From an uncultured delta proteobacterium (GTDB lineage: Bacteria > Myxococcota_A > UBA9160 > UBA4427), in assembly GCA_963822965.1 (NCBI GenBank), contig CAWGJT010000011.1, forward strand, positions 64,001-128,000: DNA of 64,000 nt, given 5' to 3'. The translations under genes were made by a program, and so were the position numbers. The notes beneath the pieces are model-generated. The model searched no databases, was not told the DNA's origin, and saw only the letters and a program-made list of their open reading frames with translations. Below are positions 61,133 through 64,000 of this stretch, in pieces (positions within the stretch are counted from its first letter, which is position 1; each line of letters opens with the position of its first letter).

Positions 61133-62527
61133 TCAGTCGCCCACGTCGGACCTGGCCGCATCGACGACGATCGTGACGAAGTCGCGGAGCCCGATGTATC
61201 CGTGCAGCAGGTCCTGGAAGGCCGACTTCCAGACGCGGATCACGTAGTCCCCGTGGCGGGGATACAGCTCGTCGAGGATCGCCTGGTCGAAGGGCACATG
61301 GCTGCCGAAGAGGAGGCAGAACGAAGGGCCGCCGTTCTGTCCCGTATTGAGGGCGATGGGCGCCGCCACGTCCGGGTGCCGGATGCCGCCCTTCGCCAGC
61401 CCGAGGTCGTCGCGCGCGATCGTCGTGGGCGGCGTGGGGTCCACGGTCTCGATGGGCGGCGCGGTGGGGGGCGGCGTCCCGCGCTTCACCCAGCGCACCA
61501 GCAGGTCGTGCGCCTGGGAGACCACATGGTAGAAGCGCACCTCGCTCCCCTCCGGCGCGTCGCACAGCCCGGGCGGCGTGGTGGGAATCGAGTCGCGGCT
61601 GGCGTTGGCCAGGACGCCGTCCAGGAAGGCGCGGTCGGCGTGGGCCGCGCCGGCGACCTGCCAGGTGCGGTGGATGTCGCTGTCCGCCTGGAAGGACCCG
61701 AAGCCCGAGGCGGCGAAGGCGGCCTCGGTCTCGCTCTGCACCTTGAAGACCGGCACGCCGAGATCGGTGCGAACGGTGCTCCCGCCCACGAGCAGCAGGA
61801 AGCCGTCGAAGACACCGGCGAGCGGCTGGATCGAGTTGTAGTAGGTCGTGAGGCGCGACGCGGACTGGGACGCTCCGCTGGCCAGGATCCGCTTGCGGTG
61901 GAATCCGGGCAGCGGGTCCACGCCGACCGGGTGCAGGATGGCCTGCGCGGCCTGGGAGAAGATGTCGTAGGAGAGCTCGTCGGCCACGAGCGTTCCGCCG
62001 TCGGTCACGTCGAGGCTGCCGTAGCGCACGGGGCTCCAGTCCCGGAGGCCGGTGCCGGGCTGGTGCACGCCAACGCGCTGCGCCGAGACCCCCACCCACG
62101 CGTAGCCCTCGCGCATGAAGTGCTCGGCGTTGCCGCCCACCCAGCTCGCGTCGATGTCGTAGCCCGCGGTGACGTTCTGCCACTCGAGGATCACGGTTCC
62201 GTTGAACCGGTGCGGGTTCTTCGGCCTCCGCACCACGAGGCGGGTCCGGTAGGGGTGACCGCTCGTCGCAACCGTGGCGGTCGCGAGGGGCGGCGTGACG
62301 TAGGTGTTCGCCGTGCCCTCGAGGAAGAACTCCTCTTCGACGTAGCCGAAGTCGCCGACGCTCTGATCGGTGAAGAAGGTGTAGTCGTGCGAGGGGTCTC
62401 CGGGCGGGGCGTTCTGCGGAATCGGGCCGGTGAGCGTCGGATCGGGCACCGCTGCGCGGGCGGACCCGAACGAAGACAGGGTGATCGCGAGCAATGTCGA
62501 GAACGCGAGGGCGGGGATCCTCATCAT
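61133..62527 (-). CDS. Secreted alpha/beta-hydrolase domain protein
   Basis: Signal peptide, GYVEEEFF.EG, FNGTVILEWQN, GASQSA, AGAAH, GGIR.P. Confidence 0.8.
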   Translation of the reverse strand: MMRIPALAFSTLLAITLSSFGSARAAVPDPTLTGPIPQNAPPGDPSHDYTFFTDQSVGDFGYVEEEFFLEGTANTYVTPPLATATVATSGHPYRTRLVVRRPKNPHRFNGTVILEWQNVTAGYDIDASWVGGNAEHFMREGYAWVGVSAQRVGVHQPGTGLRDWSPVRYGSLDVTDGGTLVADELSYDIFSQAAQAILHPVGVDPLPGFHRKRILASGASQSASRLTTYYNSIQPLAGVFDGFLLLVGGSTVRTDLGVPVFKVQSETEAAFAASGFGSFQADSDIHRTWQVAGAAHADRAFLDGVLANASRDSIPTTPPGLCDAPEGSEVRFYHVVSQAHDLLVRWVKRGTPPPTAPPIETVDPTPPTTIARDDLGLAKGGIRHPDVAAPIALNTGQNGGPSFCLLFGSHVPFDQAILDELYPRHGDYVIRVWKSAFQDLLHGYIGLRDFVTIVVDAARSDVGD

Positions 62528-62745
62528 GGGGGGCTCCTCGAGGCTGGGAGTGGATGCCGCGTGCCGCCGCGGCTCGGCCAACCTACGGGCGGGAGCGACG
62601 CTTCCGCTTGTACGCATTTGCGCCCGTCGGCTTGACGCGGTGCGTCGACCGGCTCCTGATACACTGGGTCTCTACCCCGGGGCTGGCTCCAACCCGGGCC
62701 TCTGCGAGGGAAGACAGGGAGAAGACGGAGAATCGGAGGCGAATC

Positions 62746-63603
62746 GTGTCGCTCTCCACGGGTCGACGAGCCGAGCATCCGGAGACAGGCACTGCGCCCA
62801 GCAGGACGACCGCTCGCGTTGCCGCCTACGGGGTGCTGGTGGCGGTCGCGAAGGACCAGCTCTACTGGTTCGGCGGCGATGGCTTCATCTTCACGAGCCC
62901 CTGGGTGGTGACTCCGAGCACGGTGCGGCATCCGGCCGTCGTGCTGCTGACCGCGAGCGGAAGGCCCTTCGACCTGACCGTGAACGGCGAGACGCTGCGA
63001 ACCCGGGCCGTCGCCATCGCCCCCCATGTTCACCGCGGGCTCCGCGCTGTCGACGTCGGGCTGGTGAGCGTCCACGTGGAGGTCCATCACCCCTGCTACG
63101 GGGACTTTCGCGCCATCGGCGCGCCGGGCGTCCAGCGCCTCGACCGCGGGACCTTCCGGCCGCTCGACGCGGTGCTGCGCGGCGCCTATGAGGGTCTCCT
63201 CGGGCACCGCGACGCGCGCCAGCTCTTCGACGCGCTGGTCGCGACCGCCCTGGCGCAGCTCCCTCGTGGCGTGCACCCCGACGCGCGAGCGGATCGGCTG
63301 CGCGCCTTCGTGCGCGATCATCCGACGTGCTCTCTCGCCGACGTCGCGCGCGAATGCAACGTCTCCTACGCGCACGCCTCTCGGTTGTTCTCGCGCGCCG
63401 TGGGCATGCCGCTTCGCCCCTACCAGCACTGGCTCAAGTGCATGGAGGCCGTGCGCTGGTTCGGCGGGGACCTCCCGTGGACGCGGGTCGCCCACGAGGC
63501 GGGCTTCAGCGACTCGTCGCACCTGGCTCACACCTGGCAGCGGGGCTACGGACTCTCTCCGTCCTATCTTCGCGACACCCGGCACGTGCGTGTGGTGGAC
63601 TGA
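62746..63603 (+). CDS. AraC-family regulator
   Basis: GGAGG RBS; C-terminal VAHEAGFSDSSHLAHT..YGLSPS. Confidence 0.82.
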   Translation: MSLSTGRRAEHPETGTAPSRTTARVAAYGVLVAVAKDQLYWFGGDGFIFTSPWVVTPSTVRHPAVVLLTASGRPFDLTVNGETLRTRAVAIAPHVHRGLRAVDVGLVSVHVEVHHPCYGDFRAIGAPGVQRLDRGTFRPLDAVLRGAYEGLLGHRDARQLFDALVATALAQLPRGVHPDARADRLRAFVRDHPTCSLADVARECNVSYAHASRLFSRAVGMPLRPYQHWLKCMEAVRWFGGDLPWTRVAHEAGFSDSSHLAHTWQRGYGLSPSYLRDTRHVRVVD

Positions 63604-63711
63604 GGGTGCGATCCACTAGACTCGGGCGCCCCGTCCTCCGAGAGGGCGACCCGTCGGTCGGGCGTCCATCGCGGACCCACTCATCGGAATCACTCAGGAG
63701 AAGCCTCCCCC

Positions 63712-64000
63712 ATGCGCGAAGCCGTCATCGTCTCGACCGCCCGGACCGGGCTCGCCAAGAGCCACCGCGGTGGCTTCAACAACACGGGCACGCCGTCGAT
63801 GGCGGGGCACGCCATCAAGCACGCGATCCAGCGCGCGGGCATCGAGCCCGGCGAGGTCAGCGAGGTCGTCCTGGGCGTGGGTGGGCCCCACGGCACCAGC
63901 GGCAACAACGTGGGGCGCGTCGCCGCGATCGTGGCGGGCTGCCCGGTCACGACGACGGGCTTCGTCGTGAGCCGCCACTGCTCGAGCGGGCTGAACGCCA
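63712..64000 (+). CDS. Acetyl-CoA C-acyltransferase (thiolase), runs off the window
   Basis: MREAVIVSTARTGLAKS..G.FN, NVGR, RHCSSGLNA. Confidence 0.9.
   Translation, partial: MREAVIVSTARTGLAKSHRGGFNNTGTPSMAGHAIKHAIQRAGIEPGEVSEVVLGVGGPHGTSGNNVGRVAAIVAGCPVTTTGFVVSRHCSSGLNA

Overview
High-GC bacterial chromosome segment, with gene content suggestive of a Myxococcota/deltaproteobacterial-type organism (inference). 1-20.6 kb is backbone: panC-panD-smpB, a MoxR/DUF58 module, PLD, cyclophilin, USP, yqjG, a sensor kinase and transporters. It ends at the tmRNA gene (20727-21088). An accessory region starts directly 3' of ssrA. Its main feature is a set of co-oriented short elements: three identical 96-bp copies (24024-24119, 30251-30346, 34765-34860) and two diverged relatives (24284-24336, 28095-28177). 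Each 96-bp copy has a palindrome plus hairpin at the left end, a central dif-like (XerC/D-type) 11-7-11 site, and a right end resembling an IS91/ISCR oriIS. The elements join unrelated kb-sized DNA fragments whose terminal genes are cut at the element boundary (HD protein, lipoprotein, IS481 transposase, nadE, a secreted protein, a dehalogenase-like hydrolase). This suggests an undescribed gene-capture array built by rolling-circle capture plus site-specific integration; that model is a hypothesis, and no cognate enzyme is encoded in the window. The region also holds an IS21 with target duplication, an IS66 without one, IS481 and possible IS110 remnants, a tRNA-Arg 3' half, TA modules and fragments, secreted and PEP-CTERM proteins, atypical sulfatases and a P450/CoA-transferase cluster. 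Several single-base frameshifts probably reflect long-read errors.
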